Shown: one piece after another, positions 55,262 through 64,000 of the stretch | How the letters are laid out: each line of letters starts with the position of its first letter | Position numbering within the stretch: position 1 is the stretch's first letter | Origin: an uncultured archaeon | Lineage (GTDB): Archaea > Hadarchaeota > Hadarchaeia > Hadarchaeales > Hadarchaeaceae | Direction: 5' to 3' | NCBI GenBank assembly: GCA_937921735.1 | Contig: CAKZTQ010000016.1 | Location: forward strand, 1-64,000 | Length of the DNA stretch: 64,000 nt | The notes under the pieces: generated by a model | What the model was told of the DNA's origin: nothing | The model's database searches: none | What the model saw: only the letters and a program-made list of their open reading frames with translations | Program-made: the position numbers and the translations under genes

Positions 55262-57091
55262 ATGCTGGGTTTCACGGGTAAGCTATTGTACGTTGACCTG
55301 AGCAGGAGAAAACTTGAGGATCGTTCTACGCCCGAGCGACTCGCGCATGCTTTTCTGGGCGGGCGCGGGCTCGGAGCGGCCATATTACACAAAGAGCTCG
55401 AGGGCGGCGTCGACCCTCTATCGCCAAAGAACGTTCTAGTATTCATGACTGGTCCCGCAGTAGGGACGCCGCTGCCGGCATGTGCCCGCTGGGAGGCGGT
55501 CACGAAGTCTCCGTTGACCGGGTTCTACTGCTGCAGCTCCGCGGGGGGGTTCTTCGGTGCGGAGCTGAAATTCGCGGGTTACGATGGAGTGGTAATTCGC
55601 GGCAGGGCAAAGGAACCAACTTGGCTCCTCATTGAAGACGGCGCGGCAGAGTTACGCGATGCCAGCGAGCTATGGGGCAAAACCACGGATGAAGTGGAGG
55701 CGATGATAAGGAAAGAGCTCAAGGACAACCGCGTCCGTGTCGCCCGCATAGGTCCAGCTGGCGAAAACCTCGTGAGGTTCGCCAGCATCCAAGCCGATCT
55801 TCGATCGATAGGGCGAGGCGGGATGGGCGCGGTCATGGGCAGCAAGCGCCTGAAGGCGGTCGCCGTGAGGGGTCACGGTAGAGTGGAAGTGGCCGACGAA
55901 GAAGGGCTGATGGATCTGACGAGAGAACTCATGGCGGAGATGAAGCAAAGTCAAGCGGTCGAGAACTTCTCAAAGTGGGGGACGCCTCAATTCGTCGACC
56001 CCGTCAACGAGGGTGGCCTGTGGCCCACCAAGAACTTTCAAGAGGGAGCGTTCGAGGGAGCAAGTAGGATAAACGCTTCCAGCATGCGCGAGAGCTTGGT
56101 GAAAAGGGATACCGCCTGCTACGCGTGTCCGATAGCATGTGGCAAGCTGAGCGTCGTCGGGGATGGTCCATACGCCGGTGTCGTGGTAGAGGGCCCAGAG
56201 TACGAGACGCTTTGGGCATTCGGTGCACAGTGCGGCGTGGATCGCCTCGACGCCATAGCTGCAGCAAACCTGCTGTGCGATCGCTATGGCATGGACACCA
56301 TCTCCACAGGCAACGTCATCGGCTTTGCGATGGAATGCTTCGAGCGTGGCCTCCTGAGCAGGGAGGAGGTAGATGGGCTGGAGCTAAGGTTCGGCAACCA
56401 CGAGGTCTTTGCGGAGCTCTTGCGCAGGATCGCCTACCGGGAGGGCATAGGTGACTTATTGGCGGAAGGAGTTCGGAGGGCGGCAAAGCGCATAAGGAGG
56501 GGCGCGGAGGAATTCGCGATGCACGTGAAGGGTCTAGAGCTTCCTGCCTATGATCCAAGGGGCGCTTGGGGCATGGGGTTGGCATATGCCACGGCCTGTC
56601 GAGGGGGGTGCCACTTGAAGGCTTGGACGCTAGCGGCGGAGGTCTTCGAGGGCAAGTACGACAGGTTTTCGACGGAGGGGAAGGCTAAACTGGTATTCGA
56701 TCTTCAAAACCTACGTGCGGCAGTGGATTCGATAGGTGTCTGCGTCATGGGCTCGCGGGTGATAGGCGCCAGGCAGATGGCTAAGATAATGATGGTCACG
56801 ACCGGCTGGAACTTCAAAGACGATGACGTGCTAAAGGCGGGGGAGCGGATATATAACTTGGAGCGATTGTTAGCCGTCCGCGATGGTATTTCCGGAAAAG
56901 ATGATACCTTGCCACCCAGGCTGTTGAAGGAGGCTCTTCCGCATGGCCCCTGCAAGGGCATCAAATTGACGGAAAGGGACCTGTCGCTGATGCTCAGCGA
57001 ATACTACAAACTCCGTGGCTGGGACAAAAGGGGCAAGCCGACGAGGGCCAAGTTGCGGGAGTTGGGGATAACCAAATCGTTGTGGCGATAG
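55262..57091 (+). CDS. aor: Tungsten aldehyde:ferredoxin oxidoreductase
   Basis: TKSPLTG, GRGGMGAVMGSK, CYACPIAC, GPEYE, DTIS, YDPRG. Confidence 0.94.
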   Translation: MLGFTGKLLYVDLSRRKLEDRSTPERLAHAFLGGRGLGAAILHKELEGGVDPLSPKNVLVFMTGPAVGTPLPACARWEAVTKSPLTGFYCCSSAGGFFGAELKFAGYDGVVIRGRAKEPTWLLIEDGAAELRDASELWGKTTDEVEAMIRKELKDNRVRVARIGPAGENLVRFASIQADLRSIGRGGMGAVMGSKRLKAVAVRGHGRVEVADEEGLMDLTRELMAEMKQSQAVENFSKWGTPQFVDPVNEGGLWPTKNFQEGAFEGASRINASSMRESLVKRDTACYACPIACGKLSVVGDGPYAGVVVEGPEYETLWAFGAQCGVDRLDAIAAANLLCDRYGMDTISTGNVIGFAMECFERGLLSREEVDGLELRFGNHEVFAELLRRIAYREGIGDLLAEGVRRAAKRIRRGAEEFAMHVKGLELPAYDPRGAWGMGLAYATACRGGCHLKAWTLAAEVFEGKYDRFSTEGKAKLVFDLQNLRAAVDSIGVCVMGSRVIGARQMAKIMMVTTGWNFKDDDVLKAGERIYNLERLLAVRDGISGKDDTLPPRLLKEALPHGPCKGIKLTERDLSLMLSEYYKLRGWDKRGKPTRAKLRELGITKSLWR

Positions 57092-57092
57092 C

Positions 57093-58448
57093 ATGAGAGT
57101 GAAGGAACTTTTCGGCACAAGGGGAATCAGGGGCCCCGTGGCGACCAAGGTGACCCCAGAGCTTATGCTAAGGCTGGGGATGGCGCTGGCATCACACGTT
57201 GACGGGGGCAAGGTGGTGGTCGCGCGAGACGCCCGCACCTCAAGCGAGATGTTGTGCCACGCTTTTATCGCTGGTGTTCTCGCGGGCGGCTGCAACGTCG
57301 TCGACATCGGACTAGCGCCCTCACCATGTTTGGCCTTTACGACGCGGGAGCTCTCGGCGAGTGCGGGGGCGATAATAACCGCCTCCCACAATCCCCCACC
57401 CGACAACGGCATCGCCTTCTACCGCGACGACGGCATGGAGTTCACGGACGAGGACGAGCTGGCGTTGGAAGAGCTGGTGCTAAAGAAGGCGCCCAAACGC
57501 GCGACTTGGGATTCGCTGGGCAGCGTGGAGCGCTACAACGCGATCCCTCCATACATAGAGGCGATCAAGAAGGCGGTGAAGGTCAGACGTGGTTTCAAGG
57601 TAGTCGTGGACTGCGCGAACGGTGTCGCCTCGCTCGTCACCCCCATCCTCCTTCGCGAGCTCGGGTGCAAGGTCGTGACGATGAACTCCCATCTCGACGG
57701 GCACTTCCCGGGCAGGCCCGCGGAGCCCCAGCCTTGGAACCTGGGCGACCTCATGCGCACGGTGCGCGAGGTCGGCGCCGATGTTGGGATGGCCCACGAT
57801 GGAGATGGGGATAGGATAGCGGTGGTCGATGAACAAGGCAACTTCATAAAGCACGACGCGCTTCTGGCCCTCTTCGCCGCTCGAGCGGTCAGGCGCAAGG
57901 GCGATGTGGTGGTGACGAGCATCAACACCTCCGTCGCCATAGAAGAGGTCGTGGCGAAAGCGGGGGGCAAGACCGTCAGGACCGCGCTCGGAGATTTTCA
58001 TGTCGCCATGCTTGAGCACGGTGCGGTCTTTGCGGGCGAACCCGGCAAGCTAGTATTTAAAGAGTTTGGCCCTTGGGCGGATGGTGTGTTTACCGCCGCG
58101 AAATTGCTGGAACTGATGTCCATCGAGCGAAAGCCGCTATCCGAGATCATTTCCTTTTCTGTGCCGGACTATCCTATGTACTCGCAGGACTTCGCTTGTC
58201 CCGACGAGAAAAAGGTCGAGTTCATGCGATCCGTCAGAAGTTACCTGCTCGACCACGTCGGGGATGTTAGGGATGTGCTAGAGATCGATGGGATTCGGGT
58301 AAACCGCAGAAATGGCAGCTGGTTGCTCATCCGAGTTTCCGGTACCGAGCCCAAGGCGCGGATGGTGCTCGAGGGCAGGACGGCGGAAGAGGCGGAGGAG
58401 CTCAAGGAAATCGGCCTTAAAGCCATAAAGAAATTCTTGGGATGCTAA
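57093..58448 (+). CDS. Alpha-D-phosphohexomutase (GlmM/PMM family)
   Basis: FGTRGIRG, TASHNP, DGDGDR, RVSGTEP. Confidence 0.92.
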   Translation: MRVKELFGTRGIRGPVATKVTPELMLRLGMALASHVDGGKVVVARDARTSSEMLCHAFIAGVLAGGCNVVDIGLAPSPCLAFTTRELSASAGAIITASHNPPPDNGIAFYRDDGMEFTDEDELALEELVLKKAPKRATWDSLGSVERYNAIPPYIEAIKKAVKVRRGFKVVVDCANGVASLVTPILLRELGCKVVTMNSHLDGHFPGRPAEPQPWNLGDLMRTVREVGADVGMAHDGDGDRIAVVDEQGNFIKHDALLALFAARAVRRKGDVVVTSINTSVAIEEVVAKAGGKTVRTALGDFHVAMLEHGAVFAGEPGKLVFKEFGPWADGVFTAAKLLELMSIERKPLSEIISFSVPDYPMYSQDFACPDEKKVEFMRSVRSYLLDHVGDVRDVLEIDGIRVNRRNGSWLLIRVSGTEPKARMVLEGRTAEEAEELKEIGLKAIKKFLGC

Positions 58449-58738
58449 AAGCCTCCGCCCACGGGCGGAAACATCGCGATCTCGTCCCCGTCCTTTAGCC
58501 CCGCCGCAAAGCCCCCCAAAAATGCGATGTTGTGCCCGTTGAGGAGGATCCTCACCCGCTCCACCGGCTCTCCCCGCTCATCTAGGACCTGTTTGCGGAA
58601 TTCCGGTCCAAGCCTCTCGCATACCCTCCGCACGACATCGCCCAAGCTGCTTCCCTCGGGTACCTCCTCGATCAACAAACGCTGTCCCGCCGCCTCGCGG
58701 AGGGTAGCGAAAAGCTTTATGGTTATTTGCACCTTCAT
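58445..58738 (-). CDS. MoaD/SAMP ubiquitin-like protein with C-terminal GGF
   Basis: KLFATLREAAG, ILLNG, DGDEIAMFPPVGGGF*. Confidence 0.9.
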   Translation of the reverse strand: MKVQITIKLFATLREAAGQRLLIEEVPEGSSLGDVVRRVCERLGPEFRKQVLDERGEPVERVRILLNGHNIAFLGGFAAGLKDGDEIAMFPPVGGGF

Positions 58739-59295
58739 CCACCGATTTTTCGTCCTTTGACCTTCTGGAGGCACATCGCGATGGAATTCAAAAATATCAT
58801 CGCGGATACCTCAAAGAGGGTCGATGCCGGCGAGAGCGCGTTATCGCTCATTTCTTCTGCCCTGCCTTCCCCCAGAGAGGGTTCCTTCCAACCGGAAAGC
58901 GTGATCACGACGTCCGCCTCTTTGCCGAGCGTGCTTTCTGGACGCGAGGTAAGCGCGACGATGCTGGTACCGAGTCGCTTAGCGATGCTCGCCGCTTTGA
59001 CGGTGAAGGCGGTCTCGCCTGAGTCGGATACCGCGATCAATAAATCCCCCCTCTCCGGGTGGGCCAGAACAGTTTCCCCCACGACGTTGATGTCAAACCC
59101 AAGGCGCGCGAGCTTTATCGCGAATGACTTCACTATCAGCCCTGAACGCCCAGCGCCCACGACGAAGATGTGTCGGCTTTTGAAGATCATCTCCAGGAGT
59201 TTTGAGATTTGTTCCTCCCCTACGCCTTCCAGCGCCAGCTTGGAACCCTCGAGCAATTCATCCAAGGTGGTCCTCAGCTCATCTACTTCTGCCAT
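58735..59295 (-). CDS. SIS-domain protein, 6-phospho-3-hexuloisomerase-like
   Basis: VVGAGRSG, VVGET, SDSGET, ESTLG, TLFE. Confidence 0.82.
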   Translation of the reverse strand: MAEVDELRTTLDELLEGSKLALEGVGEEQISKLLEMIFKSRHIFVVGAGRSGLIVKSFAIKLARLGFDINVVGETVLAHPERGDLLIAVSDSGETAFTVKAASIAKRLGTSIVALTSRPESTLGKEADVVITLSGWKEPSLGEGRAEEMSDNALSPASTLFEVSAMIFLNSIAMCLQKVKGRKIGG

Positions 59296-59846
59296 TGAGT
59301 TCTTGCCCCCTTCCGCTCGAGAATCTCGGCACAGAGCCCCTCGAGTAAAATAAAGCATGCGCTTTCGAAAAGTGCGCCGGTGGGCGAGGGAGGCTCGTGC
59401 TCGCCCTGTACCATGCGTTCGACGTAAGATCCCCTTTCCCAAGGCTTCTCCCTGCCCGCCACGTGGAGGACGAAGTCAGCCTGTCTCCCCAAAGTCGACT
59501 GGGGGAACGAGGTCACGGCTAAGATCTTAGCTCCCACTTTCCGGGCAGTCTCGGCGATCGAGGTGACGCTATCGGTCTCGCCCGAGCCGGAAATGGCCAC
59601 CAACATGTCGCGAGCGGTTATCGTGGGGGCGACATCCCCGACGATGTAAGCCCTCAAGCCCAACCTCTGGAGCCTAAGGGCAAAGTTCCTGGCGAGTATC
59701 TCCGACCTCCCAGCTCCGGCCACAAATATTCGCTCGGCCGACGTTAGCCCCTGAACCGCGGCATCGACCTGTCTTGGGTCGAGCTTCTCGCAGCATTTCC
59801 TGATATGCTTCAGTATCGCATCGACGGCAGCCTGCATGAACCTCAT
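59283..59846 (-). CDS. SIS-domain protein, 6-phospho-3-hexuloisomerase-like (second paralog)
   Basis: AGAGRS, ISGSGET, QSTLG, ALFE. Confidence 0.82.
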   Translation of the reverse strand: MRFMQAAVDAILKHIRKCCEKLDPRQVDAAVQGLTSAERIFVAGAGRSEILARNFALRLQRLGLRAYIVGDVAPTITARDMLVAISGSGETDSVTSIAETARKVGAKILAVTSFPQSTLGRQADFVLHVAGREKPWERGSYVERMVQGEHEPPSPTGALFESACFILLEGLCAEILERKGARTQWQK

Positions 59847-59886
59847 GCGGGTTCCAAAATTTACTTAACTTGGCCCCCTAAAAAGG

Positions 59887-61668
59887 CTAGGACTCGAGTA
59901 GGCCGAGCTCCCTAAGCTTTTCCCGGGTAGGCACGCCTTCGGGGGTCCACCCCCTAAAGGCATAATAGCTGGGGAGCATGCTCGCCACCAACGACCTGCG
60001 GCCCTTCGATGGACCTTCAGGCATCGGTTCTTCCATGAGACGCTTGGGCAGTGTATCGTCCTTCGCGCTGAAGCCCTCCCTCAGGTTAAACAACCGCTCG
60101 AGGTTCCATATGCGCTCGCCCACGATCATTAGGTCCTCATCGGTGAATTCGATGCCTGTCGCGGCGGTCAGCAGCTTCGAGTACTGCACCGCATCGAGGG
60201 CGAACATCGAAAACCTACAGAACACGAGCGAGTCCACGGCAGCGCATAAGTTCTGGGATATGATGACCATCTCCGCCTTTCCACTCGTCGAGAACCGCTC
60301 CATCAGCTTCGGTACCCCCAGTATCTCCGGTCCTATCATATACGCGCGGAGGTGGCAGCCACCCCTGTTGCTCGTGGCATATGCCAAACCTTGACCTTGA
60401 ACACCTCTGGGGTCATATGCCGGTAGTTCCAGGCCCTTCACCGACATCGAGAGCTCGGGGAGCCCATACCCTCTCGCCAGCCTCGCCGACCCCTCCGCCA
60501 GCTTATCGCCCAGGCCTTCACGCATTGCGGTCGCCCTAGTCAGGTCCACTATCGCTCTCGCGTCTCCAAACCTTGGACCATCTAGCTTCCCCTTCTCGCT
60601 CAGCTCCATTGCACAGCCTATAGTGTTGCCCATGGAGATGGTATCTAGGCCGAGGTCGTTGCACAGGTTGTTGGCCTCAGCTATGGCTCCAAGGTCATCG
60701 ACGCCACATTGGGCGCCGAAGGCCCAAAGCGTCTCGTATTCTGGGCCTTCGCCCTCCAGCTCTCCGACCTTTGTCACCCTGCCACAGGCGATAGGGCACG
60801 CGAAGCATCCCTTTTTCCTTACCAATATCGTCTCGGCTATCGTCTCCCCGCTGGTCTTGTCGGCCGTCGGGAAAACGCCAGTTTGGAAGTTGCGCGTCGG
60901 ATATATCCCATGTTCGTTGATGATGTTTACCAATATCGCGGTGCCATAAGTCGGTAGGGCCGTGCCAGTAACCGGATCTTCCTTCAGCAATTTTTGGCAC
61001 TCCTTGACGTAGGTACTAAAAGACCCCTCGTCGGCTATCTTCGGGGGCTTGGTTCCCCGCACAGCTATGGCCTTGAGACGCTTGCTCCCCATCACCGCGC
61101 CGACGCCTCCCCTGCCCGCCGCACGATATTTATCGTTTATGATGGCCGCTATCTTCACCAGCCTCTCGCCCGCGGGCCCTATGCAGGCTACCCTCGCCCT
61201 GCTGTCGCCCACTTGTTTGAGGATGGCATCTGTGGTGGCATGCACCCCCATGCCCCAGAGGTCGGAGGCGTCCCTCAGTTCCGCCTCTCCATCGTGTATC
61301 CACAAGTAGACCGGCCTTTCAGCCCGACCTTTCACCACGATGGCATCCACTCCAGCAAACTTTAGCTCGGCCCCCCAATAGCCTCCAGAGTTCGAGTCGA
61401 ATATGGTCCCGGTCAGCGGCGACTTGGTAATCACGCAATGTCTTCCGGAGGTGGGGGCTAACGTGCCCGTGAGAGGCCCGGTCGCGAACACGAGCAAGTT
61501 GTCGGGGTCAAAGGGGCCCACCTCCGGCCCGACCCTCTCATAGAGTAGCTTGACGCCAAGCCCGCGGCCACCGATCACCGTCCGCGCTAGCTTCTCGTCC
61601 AGCTCCACCTCCTTTATCCTCTCCGCCGACAGGTCCACCTCTAGCAGCTTGCCTGCCCATCCGTACAT
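59887..61668 (-). CDS. aor: Tungsten aldehyde:ferredoxin oxidoreductase
   Basis: MYGWAGK, RAAGRGGVGAVMGSK, CFACPIAC, DTIS, SNRGGCH. Confidence 0.95.
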   Translation of the reverse strand: MYGWAGKLLEVDLSAERIKEVELDEKLARTVIGGRGLGVKLLYERVGPEVGPFDPDNLLVFATGPLTGTLAPTSGRHCVITKSPLTGTIFDSNSGGYWGAELKFAGVDAIVVKGRAERPVYLWIHDGEAELRDASDLWGMGVHATTDAILKQVGDSRARVACIGPAGERLVKIAAIINDKYRAAGRGGVGAVMGSKRLKAIAVRGTKPPKIADEGSFSTYVKECQKLLKEDPVTGTALPTYGTAILVNIINEHGIYPTRNFQTGVFPTADKTSGETIAETILVRKKGCFACPIACGRVTKVGELEGEGPEYETLWAFGAQCGVDDLGAIAEANNLCNDLGLDTISMGNTIGCAMELSEKGKLDGPRFGDARAIVDLTRATAMREGLGDKLAEGSARLARGYGLPELSMSVKGLELPAYDPRGVQGQGLAYATSNRGGCHLRAYMIGPEILGVPKLMERFSTSGKAEMVIISQNLCAAVDSLVFCRFSMFALDAVQYSKLLTAATGIEFTDEDLMIVGERIWNLERLFNLREGFSAKDDTLPKRLMEEPMPEGPSKGRRSLVASMLPSYYAFRGWTPEGVPTREKLRELGLLES

Positions 61669-61678
61669 CTCAGCCGCC

Positions 61679-62560
61679 TCAGATCAGACCCGCTTTTTTC
61701 ATGCCCTTCCTCAGCAGCACGCGCTCCACGCCCGTGATCGGACCCAAGGGCATCCTAGTCTGCCCGCTGGGCCTGCCCATCCATGTCTGAACGAGCTTTT
61801 GCCCATAGAGGTAAGGTACCTTCCTGAACTCGTTCTTCAACCTGACCAAGTTCAGTTGTATCTGCCTGCAACGCTCGTAGTCCTTCTTCAGGAAGGAGTT
61901 GTACAGATCCAGCACCATGTGTGGAAGGCAAGCCGCCATCGCAGCTATGCAGCCCGTCGCACCAACGCAAAGCGCGGGAAAGATGAGTTCGTCAGCGCCG
62001 CAGACGAAGTTGATGCGGTCACCGGCTTTCTCGATCAGTTCTTGGAAGTAGACCAGGTCCCCGCTGGTGTCCTTAAATCCGCAGATGTTTGGGTGGAAGG
62101 CCAGGACATCGACTAGGCTGGGGTCCAGCTTCACCCCGGTGTACTTCGGTAGGTTGTAGATGATGACGGGGATATCGATGGAGTCGGCGAGCATCTCGTA
62201 ATGCATGCGTAGGCCGCGGGGATGTTGGGGGAAGAACCAAGGCGTTATCGCCATCGCAGCGCTGGCCCCGACGTCTTCCGCGAACTTGGCGAGCTCGATG
62301 GTGTCCTTGGTCCTGGCGCAGCCCACCTCCGCGATCACGGGTACACCCTTGGATTCCTCTACCGTGATCTGGATCACGCGCTTTCTCTCCTCCTCGCTCA
62401 TAAGGACCATCTCGCCGGGCGTCGAGCAGGCTACAAGCCCGTGCACGCCGGACTCGACGAGGTATTGGATGTCCCTGCGCAGGGCTTCCTCGTCCAGCGA
62501 CTCATCCTCCTTAAAAGGCGTGGTGAACGCCGCATTGACACCTTTTAGCTCGAATGCCAT
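61679..62560 (-). CDS. DHDPS/N-acetylneuraminate-lyase family aldolase
   Basis: TTPF, IIYNLP, GFKDTSG Schiff-base Lys, CGAD. Confidence 0.88.
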   Translation of the reverse strand: MAFELKGVNAAFTTPFKEDESLDEEALRRDIQYLVESGVHGLVACSTPGEMVLMSEEERKRVIQITVEESKGVPVIAEVGCARTKDTIELAKFAEDVGASAAMAITPWFFPQHPRGLRMHYEMLADSIDIPVIIYNLPKYTGVKLDPSLVDVLAFHPNICGFKDTSGDLVYFQELIEKAGDRINFVCGADELIFPALCVGATGCIAAMAACLPHMVLDLYNSFLKKDYERCRQIQLNLVRLKNEFRKVPYLYGQKLVQTWMGRPSGQTRMPLGPITGVERVLLRKGMKKAGLI

Positions 62561-62707
62561 CCGGGATCCCCCTTTAGTTGACAATTGTAAACCTTAATAA
62601 TTCTTTGGGCCCGCGATTTTTACCGCTTTTGACCGCCATCGTGGCTCGTCGAGGTCAACCTTGGTAGGGTTTTAAAGCTGCGCTCGAGTAGGAAGCTCGG
62701 GGATGCG

Positions 62708-63751
62708 ATGATCTTGACATTCGAGAGAGAGAAGGCGATCATCCGCGCGTTGCTCGAGAAGGCAGGAGCTAGCGGGGAGGAGGCGAGCATAACCGCCGAG
62801 GTACTCGCTGAGGGTGACCTGCGCGGGCTTTCGTCCCATGGCCTGCTCCGCCTGCCATACATCCTGCGCGCGCTTGAGCGCGGGACTATCGTGGCAAAAG
62901 CCAACGTGCGCGTGGTCCGAGAGACGCCCGCGACGGCGCTGATAGACGGTGGCCATGGCCTCGGACACTATGTCGCCGCACGGGCGATGAAGCTCGCGAT
63001 CGAGAAATCGAAGCGTCTCGGCGTAGGGGCGGTTGGGGTCTACAACTCCAATCACTTCGGTATCGCGGGCTATTACGCCGAGCTTGCCATGCGGGAGCAA
63101 CTCATAGGCATAGTAACGACCACAACGGACGCGCTCGTGCACCCGTGGGGCGGGGTCGAACCCTTGTTGGGCACGAATGCGCTAGCGGTAGGCATCCCCT
63201 CCGATCCACCGGTTTTGCTCGATATGGCGATGAGCGTTGCCGCCCGCGGAAAGCTGGTGGAGGCGATGAAGCGGGGCGAACGAATACCCGAGGGTTGGGC
63301 GATAGACCAAGAGGGGAGACCTACCACGGACCCAGCCGAAGGATTGCGCGGGGCGCTGAGCCCGTTCGGCGGCGTCAAGGGCTATGCTCTTGCCTTTGTG
63401 CTCGAGTTGCTCGCGGGGCCGCTGGTGCGGGCGGGCGTGGGGCGCGAGGTGAGGGGCACGTTGGAGCCGACCGAGGGATTCTGCACCAAAGGGGATTTCA
63501 TGCTCGCCATCGATCCCTCCGCTTTCGTTCCCCTCGAGGAGTTCAGGGCAAGGGTCAAGAACTTCGTGAAGGAGGTCAAGAGTTCCAAGAAGGCGCCGGG
63601 GGTAGAGGAGATCATGATTCCAGGCGAGCCCGAGCAAAGGATACGCGAGCTGAGGTTGAAGGAGGGCATTCCGATCCCCGACGAAATTTGGAGCGAGCTT
63701 TCGTCGATGGCGAGGAGGCTTGGCGTGGACATCGAGGAGCTAGCGCGGTGA
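62708..63751 (+). CDS. Ldh_2 family 2-hydroxyacid dehydrogenase (ComC-like)
   Basis: GLSSHG, NSNHFG, GTN, DMAMS, GGVKGY, PGE. Confidence 0.9.
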   Translation: MILTFEREKAIIRALLEKAGASGEEASITAEVLAEGDLRGLSSHGLLRLPYILRALERGTIVAKANVRVVRETPATALIDGGHGLGHYVAARAMKLAIEKSKRLGVGAVGVYNSNHFGIAGYYAELAMREQLIGIVTTTTDALVHPWGGVEPLLGTNALAVGIPSDPPVLLDMAMSVAARGKLVEAMKRGERIPEGWAIDQEGRPTTDPAEGLRGALSPFGGVKGYALAFVLELLAGPLVRAGVGREVRGTLEPTEGFCTKGDFMLAIDPSAFVPLEEFRARVKNFVKEVKSSKKAPGVEEIMIPGEPEQRIRELRLKEGIPIPDEIWSELSSMARRLGVDIEELAR

Positions 63752-63757
63752 GGTCGT

Positions 63758-64000
63758 TCAAAGCCTGCGCAAGATCGCCTCCGCAGCTATCACCAAGGGA
63801 TCGATACAATCGCAGACAGGCGGAGCATAGCAGTGCTCTAGCTTGACCAGTTCTTCGACGGTCATACCCTTCCTTATCGCCAGCGCCAACAGGTTCGCCC
63901 GCTCCGCGGCACCCTTTGCTCCGACGAGCTGACCTCCGATGATCCTGTGCTCGACCGGTTCCACCAAGAGTTTTACCCAAATCGGCGTAGCGCCGGGGTA
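63758..64000 (-). CDS. FAD-dependent NADH oxidase/CoA-disulfide reductase, C-terminal part (truncated by window)
   Basis: IIGGQLVG, LEHCYAPP dimerisation-domain motif. Confidence 0.8.
   Translation of the reverse strand, partial: YPGATPIWVKLLVEPVEHRIIGGQLVGAKGAAERANLLALAIRKGMTVEELVKLEHCYAPPVCDCIDPLVIAAEAILRRL

Overview
High-GC archaeal chromosomal segment with about 70 mostly housekeeping and metabolic genes. Archaeal markers include Trm11, RNase Z, Thermococcales-like eL41/eS32, F420:NADP oxidoreductase, Tfx and a C/D-box sRNA. The gene set (three tungsten AORs, IOR, F420) suggests an anaerobic thermophile such as Hadarchaeota, which is an inference. Contents: an HTH-MNT/HEPN toxin-antitoxin pair; a small-TM-protein/rhomboid/KaiC-Zn-finger operon; cation antiporters; dtxR-feoB with iron boxes; a SPASM radical SAM enzyme (GMGT-synthase candidate); an ArgJ-type arginine cluster split by a PadR/ABC module; SmsCB Fe-S assembly; an amidohydrolase-ACD-IOR operon; and a probable sugar-acid catabolic region (Zn-ADH, IlvD, LarA-like, two AORs, phosphohexomutase, tandem SIS proteins, DHDPS-like aldolase, Ldh_2). 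The main unexplained signal is two different intergenic clusters of 16-bp TG...CA palindromes: TGTCCTAAATAGGACA at about 7 kb, and parS-like TGACAYACGTRTGTCA at about 14.5 kb, recurring at about 48.9 kb. No CRISPR, tRNA, rRNA or transposase was seen. All protein calls come from motif recognition by eye; no searches were run.
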